A DNA stretch of 62,918 bases, filler included, from Octopus bimaculoides (Eukaryota): assembly GCF_001194135.2 (NCBI RefSeq). It is 5 parts of 5 records of this genome, joined end to end, with 100 filler letters (N's around TTAATTAATTAA, not from the genome) between each part and the next. Parts side by side here need not be neighbours in the genome. Positions count along the whole stretch, not along the records: positions 1 to 13,901 come from NC_068996.1; 4 more parts are not named here. One strand, 5' to 3'. This document shows, one piece after another, positions 1-12,279 of this stretch. Each line of letters starts with the position of its first letter. Within the stretch, counting starts at the first letter, position 1. Under the pieces are notes generated by a model. It was not told the DNA's origin. It did not search any database and was given only the letters and a program-made list of their open reading frames with translations. A program made the position numbers and the translations under genes.

Positions 1-589
1 GGTGGGGGGGTCACCGGTTCAATTCCAGCTCATTTATTGTTTATATTTTGTTCGTTTCCAAAATTTTTCTTGCTTTTTTGCAAACTTGTCAGTGGATGTC
101 TATTTCGGGGCTGCGTATATTTGTGTATGTATAGCACATACATACACAATTATACATACGTGCACGTAATCACACACTTCCATATACTAAACACACGTAT
201 TAAACACACTTAAATATAAGCGCTTCAGCTGAAAAAAAAACATGAAGAAATAAAAAAGATTTTACGGAAATTTACGAACAAATATACTTCCAGTCTTGAC
301 ATAGTTTCTCCGAAACATCACCATATGTGTGTGTGTGTGTGTGAGTGCGCGCGCAGGGTTTTTATTTGTTTATGTATGTGAGCTTGTGTATATGTATGTG
401 CACATAAGTTTTATATGCGCGCGTGAGTGTGGGTAAATAAATACACGGAGATATGCATGCTTGAATATGCGCGTGCGCGAATATGAGTATGTGTGTATAT
501 GTACATGTATGTACGTGTATGTGCGTGTATATATGTGTGTGTGTGTGTTTATATGCATATATATAAATATGCATATACATATATTCCTT

Positions 590-800
590 TATTTGTTTCA
601 GTCATATGGCTGCGGCCTTGCTGGAGCACCGCCTTTAGTCGAGCAAATTGACCCCAGGACTTATTCTTTGTAAGCCTAGTACTTATTCTATTGGTCTCTT
701 TTGCCGAAGCGCTAGTTTACGGGGACGTAAAAACACCAACATCAGCTGTCAAGCGATGATGGTGGTGGTGGTGGGGGGCGGGGCGATTAACACAAATACA
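590..800 (-). mobile_element. SINE family B (bipartite, CORE-like, microsatellite in the middle), 3' half
   Basis: Reverse complement matches the 3' half of the full copies at 14038-14450 and 15241-15676 (gtaaactagcgcttcggcaaaagagacc...gaataagtcctggggtcaatttgctcgactaaaggcggtgctccagca). Confidence 0.85.
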
Positions 801-1136
801 AATAACAGACACACACATACATACATACATATATATATANNNNNNNNNNNNNNNNNNNNNNNNNNNNNNNNNNNNNNNNNNNNNNNNNNNNNNNNNNNNN
901 NNNNNNNNNNNNNNNNNNNNNNNNNNNNNNNNNNNNNNNNNNNNNNNNNNNNNNNNNNNNNNNNNNNNNNNNNNNNNNNNNNNNNNNNNNNNNNNNNNNN
1001 NNNNNNNNNNNNNNNNNNNNNNNNNNNNNNNNNNNNNNNNNNNNNNNNNNGCGCGCGTGAGTGTGGGTAAATAAATACACGGAGATATGCATGCTTGAAT
1101 ATGCGCGTGCGCGAATATGAGTATGTGTGTATATGT

Positions 1137-1355
1137 TTGTGTGTCTGTGTTTGTCCCCCCAACATCGCTTGACAACCGATGGTAGTGTGTTTACGTCCCC
1201 GTAACTTAACGGTTCGGCAAAACAGACCGATAGAGAGATAGAATAAGTACTAGGCTTACAAAGAATAAGTCCTGGGGTCGATTTGCTCGACTAAAGGCAG
1301 TGCTCCAGCATGGCCACAGTCAAATGACTGAAACAAGTAAAAGAGAGTAAAAGAG
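1137..1355 (+). mobile_element. SINE family B, 3' half
   Basis: gtgtctgtgtttgtccccccaacatcgcttgacaaccg...cagcatggccacagtcaaatgactgaaacaagtaaaagagag closely matches 15450-15676. Confidence 0.85.
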
Positions 1356-1364
1356 GAATATATA

Positions 1365-1514
1365 CATATATACGACGGGTTTCTTTCAGTTTCCGCCTCT
1401 GAAATCCACTCACAAGGCTTTGGTCGGCCCGAGGCTATAGTAAAAGACATTTGCCCAAGGTGCCATGCAGTGGGTCTGAACCCGGAACCATGTGTTTGGG
1501 AAGCAAGCTTCATA

Positions 1515-1515
<1 letters not shown>
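1365..1515 (-). mobile_element. SINE family B, 5' (tRNA-like/CORE-like) half
   Basis: Reverse complement reads ...aaacacatggttccgggttcagacccactgcatggcaccttgggcaaatgtcttttactatagcctcgggccgaccaaagccttgtgagtggattt..., as at 15241-15400. Confidence 0.85.
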
Positions 1516-1568
<53 letters not shown>

Positions 1569-1599
1569 GCACACACACACATATATATATATATATATA

Positions 1600-1755
1600 C
1601 CTGTGGGGATGTACTTGCATAGTAAGTGACTTGATCTGAAATCGAGTGCTGAAACAAAAACAATTGCAGCGTGGAAAGTGTTTGTAAGCCATTTAAGAAC
1701 ACACAAAAACCGTTAATTTCACTTCAACATTTAAATTTAATTTGTGTCAAAAATA
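1600..1755 (+). mobile_element. Truncated single arm of the foldback/terminal-repeat element seen at 57325-57655
   Basis: gatgtacttgcatagtaagtgacttgatctg...ttgcagcgtggaaagtgtttgtaagccattt...atttaaatttaatttgtgtcaaaa matches the reverse complement of 57505-57655. It is truncated before the hammerhead core. Confidence 0.7.
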
Positions 1756-1774
1756 CATACATACATATCTTTAC

Positions 1775-2156
1775 TACTCTTGACACAAGGCCCGAAATTT
1801 TGGGGGAGGGGATCAGTCAAGTAGATCCACCCAGTACACAACTGGTACTTAATGTATCGACCCCCGAATGGATGAAAGGCAAAGTCAGCCTCGGCGGAAT
1901 TTGAACTCAGCACGTAAGGACAGACGAAATGCTAAACTTTCTTTTTCTACTCTAGGCACAAGACTAGAAATGTTGGGGAGGGGGCCAGTCGATTACATAA
2001 ACCTCAGTATGCAACTGGTATTTAACTTATTAATCCCGAAGGGGTATGAAAGGCAAAGTCGGTCTCGGCGGAATTTGAACTCAGAACGTAAAGACAGACG
2101 AAATACCGCTAAGCATTTCGCCCGGCGTGCTAACCATTCTGCCAGATCGCCGCCTT
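1775..2156 (-). mobile_element. Two head-to-tail SINE family A copies (tRNA-like head + Deu/Nin-like domain)
   Basis: Two repeats of ggatgaaaggcaaagtc.(g/c)cctcggcggaatttgaactcag; the second ends with ttctgccagatcgccgcc, the reverse complement of the family head at 43169. Confidence 0.85.
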
Positions 2157-2398
2157 ATAAACGCATATATATCGTCAATTAACTGTTACTTTCTCAGATG
2201 CAGTACAAAAAGGCNNNNNNNNNNNNNNNNNNNNNNNNNNNNNNNNNNNNNNNNNNNNNNNNNNNNNNNNNNNNNNNNNNNNNNNNNNNNNNNNNNNNNN
2301 NNNNNNNNNNNNNNNNNNNNNNNNNNNNNNNNNNNNNNNNNNNNNNNNNNNNNNNNNNNNNNNNNNNNNNNNNNNNNNNNNNNNNNNNNNNNNNNNNN

Positions 2399-2439
<41 letters not shown>

Positions 2440-2793
2440 TAAAAGAGTTCCAACTCTGTCTGTTTTTTATATCAACTACAGTACATCTGTCAGACAGGAC
2501 CTTGATGAATGCCATGAGGCAGGAAAGTATACTAGTCCTTATATATTCAATACTCTATATTTAATACTCAATATTTCATATGTTCAATAAGACATTCAAT
2601 ACTTCATTTCATTTTACTATTTATATTATATATTCCATATTCTATATCCCACATTAATTTTATAAGAATATAAATAAAACATAAAAAACAGACAGAGTTG
2701 GAACTCTTTTAAATAATATATTCCTCTATACACGATCATACAAAACCCTTTTTTATATATTTTTTTTTTATTGATATATATATATAATATATT

Positions 2794-2802
<9 letters not shown>

Positions 2803-2826
<24 letters not shown>

Positions 2827-2842
2827 CTGTCTGTCTGCCTGC

Positions 2843-2935
<93 letters not shown>
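2803..2935. repeat. Compound microsatellite (GT)n-(CTGT)n-(CTAT)n
   Basis: Directly visible. Confidence 0.95.
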
Positions 2936-4653
2936 ATTCAATCCCGCACAGTTAGTATTTTAAAGACACTATCTGTTCGCCTCAGTGTCTTCCATTCTTA
3001 CCATTTTAGAAGAATAGCTGAATGATTTACTTTCTTGCAACCATTTCTAAGAAGTGTATGTAGAACGTGTAATTTCGCAAAGACCAGCCGCAGGGCGCTG
3101 GCAACTTATAAGGAGATGTACACCGTATCAAGACAAAGGGCAATTACTCTTTTAAGCAGATGCCGAGAGACATCTTGAACTTCGCCAAAGACTTTCAGAA
3201 AAACAATGTAGAAACTGTACTTCGGTATAGAACTACAAGAGAACAACATTACCATGTTCTAATACAAGAAGCTGCTAAATATTACTTATTCCGGATATAA
3301 AACAACGGTTCATGCTGTGATCCCTATGTAATTCGAGTTGAATTTATTTTACCACTTCATCTCGAATTGTAATACTGAGCGTCGACTTATTTCCCCGACA
3401 ACTTTGGTAGTTATGCTTTACCTAACTACCAACTCTTTATTAACTCTGTCTGAGAAAACGAACTCTATAAAATAATTAAAAATATATTTCTGTGATTTTA
3501 CAAACTTTTATTGAAATAATTAGTAACAAATATTAATTCCAATACCATGAAATCAATAATTTAAATGTTCCCACCACCCATTAATCAACAAACTCTACCA
3601 AAACTTTATGTTAGTGTTTATTTAGTGAAGTTATTTGTTTGATGATATATCATTTAATCTGTTTAGGTTGGTTATATTTTAAGCATTTCGTTGTTGTTTA
3701 GACATGTAATCAAAGACATTCTAACAACAGTGACCATTTCATCTTTTTTAGGTGTTTGTTGAAGACTATGATAGACAATATATCTTTCAACTTTTTTTAG
3801 GATATCGGTAGGATATCGATTTGAGGGAGATTTGGTGACTAGTTCTTGCAGATCATGTTATTTCTGATACTACCACGTTGACTCAGTCTCCCTAATTGGA
3901 AATTGTTGTTCATTATTAATGTTAAAGATAACGGCTTATAGTTCTATAAGTTACTGACCATCTTAAACATAAATCATCCATTTTAAAACTGAAAACAGAA
4001 AACAGATGGTTAAATGATTGCCCGATTGGTTTTCGATATTCATTTGAAGAACTTTTTTCGCTTTAATAAAATATTTTAAAACTTATTAGATTTTTAAATA
4101 AAAATCTTTAATTTTTAAATGATATTTAGATGGCCGTTACTGTTAAAATCATCATATGTTAATTGTATTGATAGAAACACAATTGTAGATATAATTTCTA
4201 ATCGCATGAATTAAACACAGATTTCATGAAATCTATGTATATATTTATTTCCTTCTATATATTTTTCTATATTATTTTATATATAAATTAATATTGTTAC
4301 CAACTCAGATTCAGAAATAATTGCTTGCTGAAATATCTTTTAAACTATTGTTTCAGTTTCTCAATTGTTTTTCTTTTTAAAAATGTTTCAACTAGCGACA
4401 GGCAGAGAAGAAGAGGTCGTTGTTGTGTCGATGCAATAGACAAAGTTTGAGGACTATATTTTGTGAACTGTAGACGGAATTATACACGGCTGTTATATTA
4501 ACACGATATGATAGTGTACACGGCTGTTATATTAACCATAGTTAAATAAATCCATGTTAAACATTTAGAGACTTAAATCTCTATAAAAAAAACAACAGAA
4601 ATTGTTTTGAAGATTCTAACTGACGTAGGCTGTAATCTATTTAATATAACGTA

Positions 4654-4657
<4 letters not shown>

Positions 4658-4744
<87 letters not shown>
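4658..4744. repeat. (AG)n microsatellite
   Basis: Directly visible; produces the spurious ERERE ORFs. Confidence 0.95.
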
Positions 4745-4746
<2 letters not shown>

Positions 4747-6534
4747 TTATAAAAGTTGGCTATTCTCGTATCCCAGTATCACCAAATATCGTTTTATTCA
4801 ATATATCTTTCGGTTTTACGATGACTGTAACCTTAGTAATTAGGTAATTTCTTTTACAGTTTGACAAAAGCAGAAATGATTATTGACACGGCCAAAGTGT
4901 GTTAGCTGGCTGCTAATTATGAATGACAAATAATTGTTTCAATGAAGAACTGGTAAAGAGAGCTGGGCTGAAAGAGAAAGCTGTCAGAAACAAGAAAATA
5001 ATAGGACAGGGAATTAGCATTTAAGAAATTAAACGTGTCAGCAATTTCGCATGTGTCACTTATATTTGTATTTTTGTGTACTCTTAATTTTGTCAGAAAG
5101 TCACGCGTCTGTATACTTTAGGTTTATGAAGGAAGTATTTAACTTAGATTATACTTAAGTAGACATTAGACTAAATTAAGGTCTTGATTTATGCGTAAAA
5201 TTGGCTGTGTTGTGGCCCAACGGCAACTGTTGTCAATAGCCAGGTAGCAAGGTATTAGATTTGATCGGGATTGAAAGGGTTTCAGTTTAAGAGAAAAGTT
5301 AAAATAAATGAAAGAAAACTGTGGTGAATATATTAGACCATATTTATAAGGTAGTAAATATCGCGGATGTATGTTTAGAGGCTGATTTATCGACGATATC
5401 ACTCTTGATTGTATGGTGGTGCTATACTGTATGTAAAAGCACGTGACGCTGTGTTAAAATTTTCGTTTGTTACTCAGTTCAAAATAGATATGAAATATAA
5501 TCTTTGAAAGTCTTCACAAACTGTTGAATTTGATACAAAAACAACAAAGAAGGATTTCTCCAGTATTTCACTTTTGGGAGGAAAAAATGTGTTCAAAGAA
5601 TTTAGTGCAGGTGTAAGGAAAGAAGCACAGTGTGGAAATGTTTAAGAGAACAGACAGGTGTATCAACTTTATGTAGCGGTGGTACGTAAATGTTTAGTTG
5701 GAAGGACCAGGCATAGTTGTACTAGAAGTTCAAGGGAAAGAGCGAGGGTGAGAGAGAGAGAGAGAACGAGAGAGAGAGAGAGGGAGAGAGAGAGAGAGCA
5801 AGAGAAAGAAAGACAGAGAAAAAGAGAGGACAGAGCAAGTTGTGTCGCAGGCGGTGTAGTTTTTGGGTGTCTGAGAAGTAAGTTTTGCTTATCAATCGGA
5901 TGCCCCCTTTTTTTTTAGATGTTTATGTGTGCAAAATCTGCTTAATCTTAGACGTGTGAGTTGTACAACAACATAGACACACATTTGAACTGTGTAAAGA
6001 GTTAGCAACTGTTCAGTGTTGAAGCAAGAAGCTCATCTTTTGATATGCAGATACAGCCAAATTATACATGTGGTCACCAATAGATATCTTTAAAGATCTC
6101 AAGATCTAGCATTTGTAAAACTTGTGAAGAATGTAGCTATGGTCTGTTCAAGAGCTAGGAAATATAATAATGGCTTTTTATTTAGTTGATTTGGTCTGGA
6201 GGAAGGGGTTTTCAAATTTTGTTTCCGACTTATATCTGTTATCTCACTTTAGATTTCAGAACAAAATTTGTTTCAGAAACAGTTTTATGTATTTCCCATG
6301 GTGCTACCTTAACTTCAGATCCTGTTCTCATGTTTTATCCGTTCTTCGATTTGTGATGCATCGAAAAGGTCAATTTTTTCCTTTTATACTTTTAAAATAT
6401 TTGCAAAAATCTACGAGCAATGAAGCAAATTATTTTTCTTTGACATAAAAAGTGAACTGCAATTTCATATTTATATTCGATGAAAATTCATTTTAAGAAG
6501 TTCAGCTTTTTAATATCAAATCACATAAAGGCAA

Positions 6535-6750
6535 TGGCGTTGGCAGAATCATTAGCAGTCCGAGCAAAACGCTGAGCAGCATTTCGTCCGTATTTACGTC
6601 CCGAGTTCAAGTTTAACTGAAATTGACTTTGCTTACATCTTTTCGAGATTGATAAAATAAGAACCAGCTGGGAATTGAGTTCGATGTAATCGGCTTACCT
6701 CCCTTCTCCAAATAGCTGCCCTTGTGCCAAAATTTGAAATCAATATAAAA
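6535..6750 (+). mobile_element. SINE family A, diverged
   Basis: ggcagaatcattagcagtccgagcaaaacgctgagcagcatttcgtcc...gagttcaag...gactttgc...gataaaataagaaccagc, ending ccttgtgccaaaatttgaaatcaata. Confidence 0.75.
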
Positions 6751-6954
6751 TTGCATCAACTTTTCAGAACACAAGACGACTGCGTAGAGAATCATCATAC
6801 CAAAGAATGAGTGCTATTAGTTTGAATTTAGTTATTTATCGAGGATTTCAATTTAATTAAGCCAAAGACCAAGTATGATAATTTAACCAGTAGGTATTCT
6901 TGCGATAGAATTCAGCAAAACCATTCTTTAACACTGCGTTTCGTCTAAGTAAAC

Positions 6955-8216
6955 ACTTCTCTTTTAACATTTAGTATATTTGTCTAAGTTTTAACATCAT
7001 CTCCTTCGAAATAATCACCTTGCGCAGCAATAAGCCGGTCCCAGCGTTCCATCTACTTTTGGAATCCGTTGTGGAAATCGTTTTCCGTAAGCGAGCTGAG
7101 GATCTCCTGTGAACGGTGTTAAAACGGCGACGTTTGAGCTGCATTTTCACCTTGGAGAAGTCTGCAGGTGCTAAATCTGGCAAATAGGGCAGGTGAGGAA
7201 GCGACACCATGTTGTTTTTTGGTGAGAAACTCACGAGTGAGGAACGCTCGGTGACAGGCTGCGTTGTTGTGAAGAATCTCATTCTTCGCGCTCGACAGAT
7301 CCGGTCGCTTTCGCCGGATGTTCCCCGACTCAACCGCTTCGAAACGTCTCGATTGACGATCTGGCCATAGGGCACGAATTCCCGATGCATAATACCACGT
7401 ATGTCGAAAAAACAAAACAAAACAAAACAAAACATAAAAACAAGCTGCGGCTCTGTTATGCCTTCTTCGGTCGTGGAGATGAAGGGATCTTCTATTGTGG
7501 AGACTGCTGCTTTGTCTCAGAGTCGTACCCGTTGACCCAACTTTTGTCACCAGTGAGGATCCTCGACATGAAGGATGGGTCATCAGCGGCACGCTGACGG
7601 AGATCTTGACAGACTTCGAAGCGATGTTCTTTCTGCTCAGTGGTCACCAGGCAGGGGACAAACTTGGCGTGTCGCTGCCAAGTTTCAATTCAGACCTTAA
7701 GATTGCCTGCTCGGACCCATTCAACAAATCAACAACATCAGCAATGTCATTGATTGTTCTCCCACGGTCCTCATGCACAAACTAATAAATTTTCTCCACA
7801 TTTCCGGGGGTGACGCTCGTGACAGAGTTTCCAGATCGCTCATCATCTCCGAGGGACGTTCTTTCGCTTTTGAAGCGCTCCTGCCACTCGAAACATTGCG
7901 TACGACCCATAGCCTTGTCGCCGTAAGCTTGCCAAAGCGTGCTCAATGCCACTGTAGCAGACTTCTCAAGTTTAACGCAAAAGTTCCTGTTGGCTCTTTG
8001 TTCAAACATCCTGTCCATGACAAAATCGCAGACTACAACATACACGTGATCACAAAAACACAAATTTCATAACTTGAGAAATAAATACAGCAATATTACT
8101 CAGCACACTGCCTCATGAAGGTCACTGCTAGTTCTAAGTGTGCACGCAACCGTGTGCTGACATCTGTTGGTGCGCTACAGAACTAGTACGGGTAGTTTTT
8201 GATACCACCTCGTATA
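6955..8216 (-). mobile_element. Mariner (Tc1/mariner) transposase pseudogene, frameshifted
   Basis: Minus-strand frames give EQRANRNFCVKLEKSAT...QAYGDKAMGRTQCFEWQERFKSERTSLGDDERSG (HTH region), CFFDIRGIMHREFVPYGQIVN and PHLPYLPDLAPADF (the mariner YSPDLAP-type motif). A TIR-like end ...tttttgataccacctcgta followed by TA is at 8196-8216. The second TIR is not recognisable. Confidence 0.9.
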
Positions 8217-8555
8217 TAACGTACGTACATACATACATAATGCACACATGCATACATACAAACATACATACATACTTACGTACATACATACATGCATTCA
8301 TACATACATAAACACATGTATGCATGTACACATATATGTATGTTTATATATATGTGTGTGTGTGTACATTAAAATATAAAGAAAAAACGCCTTATTTTGA
8401 TGGATAATTTATTCTAAATCACGAAATTGTAACAAATTTGAAGAAGAATTAAAATTTATGCGAAAATACAGATTATATTGGAGAAAATTAAGTTTTAAAG
8501 TCAGCATATTAGGATTTTATAGAAGTGGACTTTATAACTCAACGCAGAGAGAGAA

Positions 8556-8612
<57 letters not shown>

Positions 8613-8745
8613 GAGAGAGGGAGGGAGAAGACGGATGTTAGAAATGGAACACGCGCGCACGCACACACACAGACACAGACACACAGACACACACAGACAC
8701 ACACAAACACACAGACACACACACACACACAGACACACACACACA

Positions 8746-8815
<70 letters not shown>
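8556..8815. repeat. Compound (GT)n/(GA)n/(CA)n microsatellite
   Basis: Directly visible. Confidence 0.95.
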
Positions 8816-8819
<4 letters not shown>

Positions 8820-9589
8820 ATACTATAAAAATCCAATCGGGATTGCATTACCAGCACAGGACGCAGGGGGTCCAGTCTTATATATTATACAGGGTGTCCT
8901 TTCTCCTTTTGAGAATTTGATCAGAAGGAGATTTGGCTACTATTTCTAGCAAATGAATCGATCACATTGACGGCCTCCACAACTTTTGCTTTAAGTAATA
9001 GCAAAATAAAAATGAAAAGAAACTTCCAAAGTAAACAGAAAGGAAGTAGATTCTTTTTGTGGTAATACATCACGTACGACAGTTAGGGCCAAATACCGGA
9101 AGTCACAAGAGTAATGAATGAATGTCATCTGATAACATCAGCTTTAATATCAATTTTCTGCAGATAACATGCGTGTACTTCGAATTCAATCTTAGATTTG
9201 GATATCTTTTCATGCAACTAATACTAAACGCTAAATCCCAAATTCACGTATGCACGCGCGCACACACGCAAACGTACCTATTCTTACGCCTGCATACAAA
9301 CACACTATAAACGCATACAAACAGTACACAGACAGACAGACAGACAGGCAGACAGACAGACAGACAGACGGACGGACAGACGGACGGACGGAAAGACAGA
9401 CAAACAGACAGGTGTGTGTTTGCGTATGTCTTCCACCACAGCTCGACATCCGATAGAATAAGTACCAGACTACAAAATAATAGACCCTGATATCAAGGCA
9501 TTCGATTAAAACTCTTTCAAGGCGGTTCCCAAACATGGCAGCTGTCCAATGAAGGAAACAAGTAAAAAGTAAATGTACATTTGATCTTG

Positions 9590-9737
9590 CCGAGTGTGGC
9601 TGTTCGCTTCTTAGCCACATGGATCCGGGGTTCAGTCCCACTGCGTGGGACCTTAGGCAAGTGTCTTCTATTATAGCTTTATGCTGTCCAAAGCCTTGTG
9701 AGTGGATTTTTTAGACGGAAACTGAAAGAAACCAACC

Positions 9738-9780
<43 letters not shown>

Positions 9781-9950
9781 TTGTGCCAGTGTCCGTGCTT
9801 GACAACTAGTGTTGGTTCAGCAAAAGAAACGATAAACTAAATACCAAGCTTTAAAAGTAATAAATGCTGGATTCATTCTTTCGATTCATTCGACTAAAAA
9901 TTCTTCAGCATAGTGTCCCAGCATGGTTGCAGAGTAATGATAGATCTTTC
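9590..9950 (+). mobile_element. SINE family B, diverged, with internal (GT)n
   Basis: gagtgtggctgttcgcttc...ccggggttcagtcccactgcgtgggaccttaggcaagtgtcttc...gacggaaactgaaagaa, then (GT)n, then a partial 3' half. Confidence 0.75.
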
Positions 9951-11719
9951 CTGTTTGGCTGCCATTTTTCAATTTCTTTAATTTTTATTCCGATTGATAT
10001 CATATTTGATGTGTTGATGTTGTTTTGTATGATAATCAGTGACAGGAAATTCATTTTCGTTATAAATCAATAAATAAAGAGTTAATAGTTTTTAAAGTTT
10101 GCAAATTTTGGGTAATTTTAGCCAATCGAAAGCCACAGACATATATTAATCAACATAGTAACAAGTCAGGCTGTTACAAAGCTGCTTACCCATGTGGTCA
10201 TTTTTCGCTTACTAGATGCTTAAAGTGGTCGTGGGATGTGCAAAAACTAATAGCTAAATTGGCCTTAAATCACACAACAATTTCTTTTTTCTTTTTCTTT
10301 TTTTGCATAATCATATGAAATACCTTGTGTACAATACATATTCGCAAAAGTTTTCTGAAAATTCCCTAAAGTAAAAAAAGTTATGACTGGTCATATGGCA
10401 TGCGTAAAGCAGAATTTCACCAATATTTCATTTGTTTACAGTTGACAACACGTACTGTCACACAAAATAACAGCTCCCAGGTCCTGTTTTCTGACTGAAT
10501 AAAAATGATCAAACTTTAAACCTCTGTAACTTTTTTAAAAAAATTTCTGGAAAAAGTGAATTATCCCCTGAGATTCAGCGTGGAAAATTAAATCAATACA
10601 CCAAATTTTAAAAGTTTTACTAAACTTTAAAATTTCCGCAGGTGCAGCCAAACAAAAATGATCCATAATGACTGAAAGAAGTAAAAACAAAAAATTAAGA
10701 AAAAATATACAGGTGAGTTCTGCTACTTGTTTTTTTTTTTGTTTTTTTTTTTAATGACGTTTAGCAGGAAGTTGGGTATGTTTAACACCATCAACTTCGC
10801 TTTAACCGTCAGCTGCCGATCGAATGTTGTTAGTGAGTCTTTCCTTCAGCCCGGTGATGAGCAAAGTCGACCAAATAAATCTTGGTTGCTCGGAGTCTTT
10901 TGATACGGCTTCGAAATCCGGGTTATAACATATATNNNNNNNNNNNNNNNNNNNNNNNNNNNNNNNNNNNNNNNNNNNNNNNNNNNNNNNNNNNNNNNNN
11001 NNNNNNNNNNNNNNNNNNNNNNNNNNNNNNNNNNNNNNNNNNNNNNNNNNNNNNNNNNNNNNNNNNNNNNNNNNNNNNNNNNNNNNNNNNNNNNNNNNNN
11101 NNNNNNNNNNNNNNNNNNNNNNNNNNNNNNNNNNNNNNNNNNNNNNNNNNNNNNNNNNNNNNNNNNNNNNNNNNNNNNNNNNNNNNNNNNNNNNNNNNNN
11201 NNNNNNNNNNNNNNNNNNNNNNNNNNNNNNNNNNNNNNNNNNNNNNNNNNNNNNNNNNNNNNNNNNNNNNNNNNNNNNNNNNNNNNNNNNNNNNNNNNNN
11301 NNNNNNNNNNNNNNNNNNNNNNNNNNNNNNNNNNNNNNNNNNNNNNNNNNNNNNNNNNNNNNNNNNNNNNNNNNNNNNNNNNNNNNNNNNNNNNNNNNNN
11401 NNNNNNNNNNNNNNNNNNNNNNNNNNNNNNNNNNNNNNNNNNNNNNNNNNNNNNNNNNNNNNNNNNNNNNNNNNNNNNNNNNNNNNNNNNNNNNNNNNNN
11501 NNNNNNNNNNNNNNNNNNNNNNNNNNNNNNNNNNNNNNNNNNNNNNNNNNNNNNNNNNNNNNNNNNNNNNNNNNNNNNNNNNNNNNNNNNNNNNNNNNNN
11601 NNNNNNNNNNNNNNNNNNNNNNNNNNNNNNNNNNNNNNNNNNNNNNNNNNNNNNNNNNNNNNNNNNNNNNNNNNNNNNNNNNNNNNNNNNNNNNNNNNNN
11701 NNNNNNATATATAGGGAGG

Positions 11720-11880
11720 ATTCACGAAAAAACAGTAGACGAAGACAGATGGTGTAGACAACAAATGGATATAGTAGTATAACGCTCGGGAATTGAAAAA
11801 GTCTTTAACGTTTTGAGCCTACGTTCTTCAACAAAAAGGAACACAGAAAGAAACAAGGAGAGAAAAAAACGGAGTGAGTT
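11720..11880 (-). mobile_element. Penelope-type terminal-repeat fragment with a degenerate hammerhead-like motif (11801-11836)
   Basis: Reverse complement reads cttt-ttgttga-a-gaac-gtag-gctc-aaaac-gt-t-aaag, the same layout as the motif at 19661-19696. Assignment to a Penelope pseudo-LTR is inference. Confidence 0.45.
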
Positions 11881-12220
11881 GAAGAGTGTTCCGTTAAAAA
11901 AGTATTAGAGTACAAATAGACTTCGTTCATCCTTAGAATTCCCAAACAGCCGGTAGTATTGTTATGGATGTAATAGCATTGAAATGAAAAATTACTTGCG
12001 GAGACAGCGATTAAATATCGCCCGAGGAGATGTGTATGGATCTTATTATACAGGTAAATCGTTACCTAATTTACTTTAATTTAAGGTAAATCCTGTATAT
12101 ATACGTAGATCTATATGTATCGAAACATTTGTGGTGATCATTAACAAGCTGCCTAACCATACTTACTCTTCCTTTTGACTCTTTTACTCTTTACTTTATA
12201 CACACGCGCACACACACACA

Positions 12221-12279
<59 letters not shown>

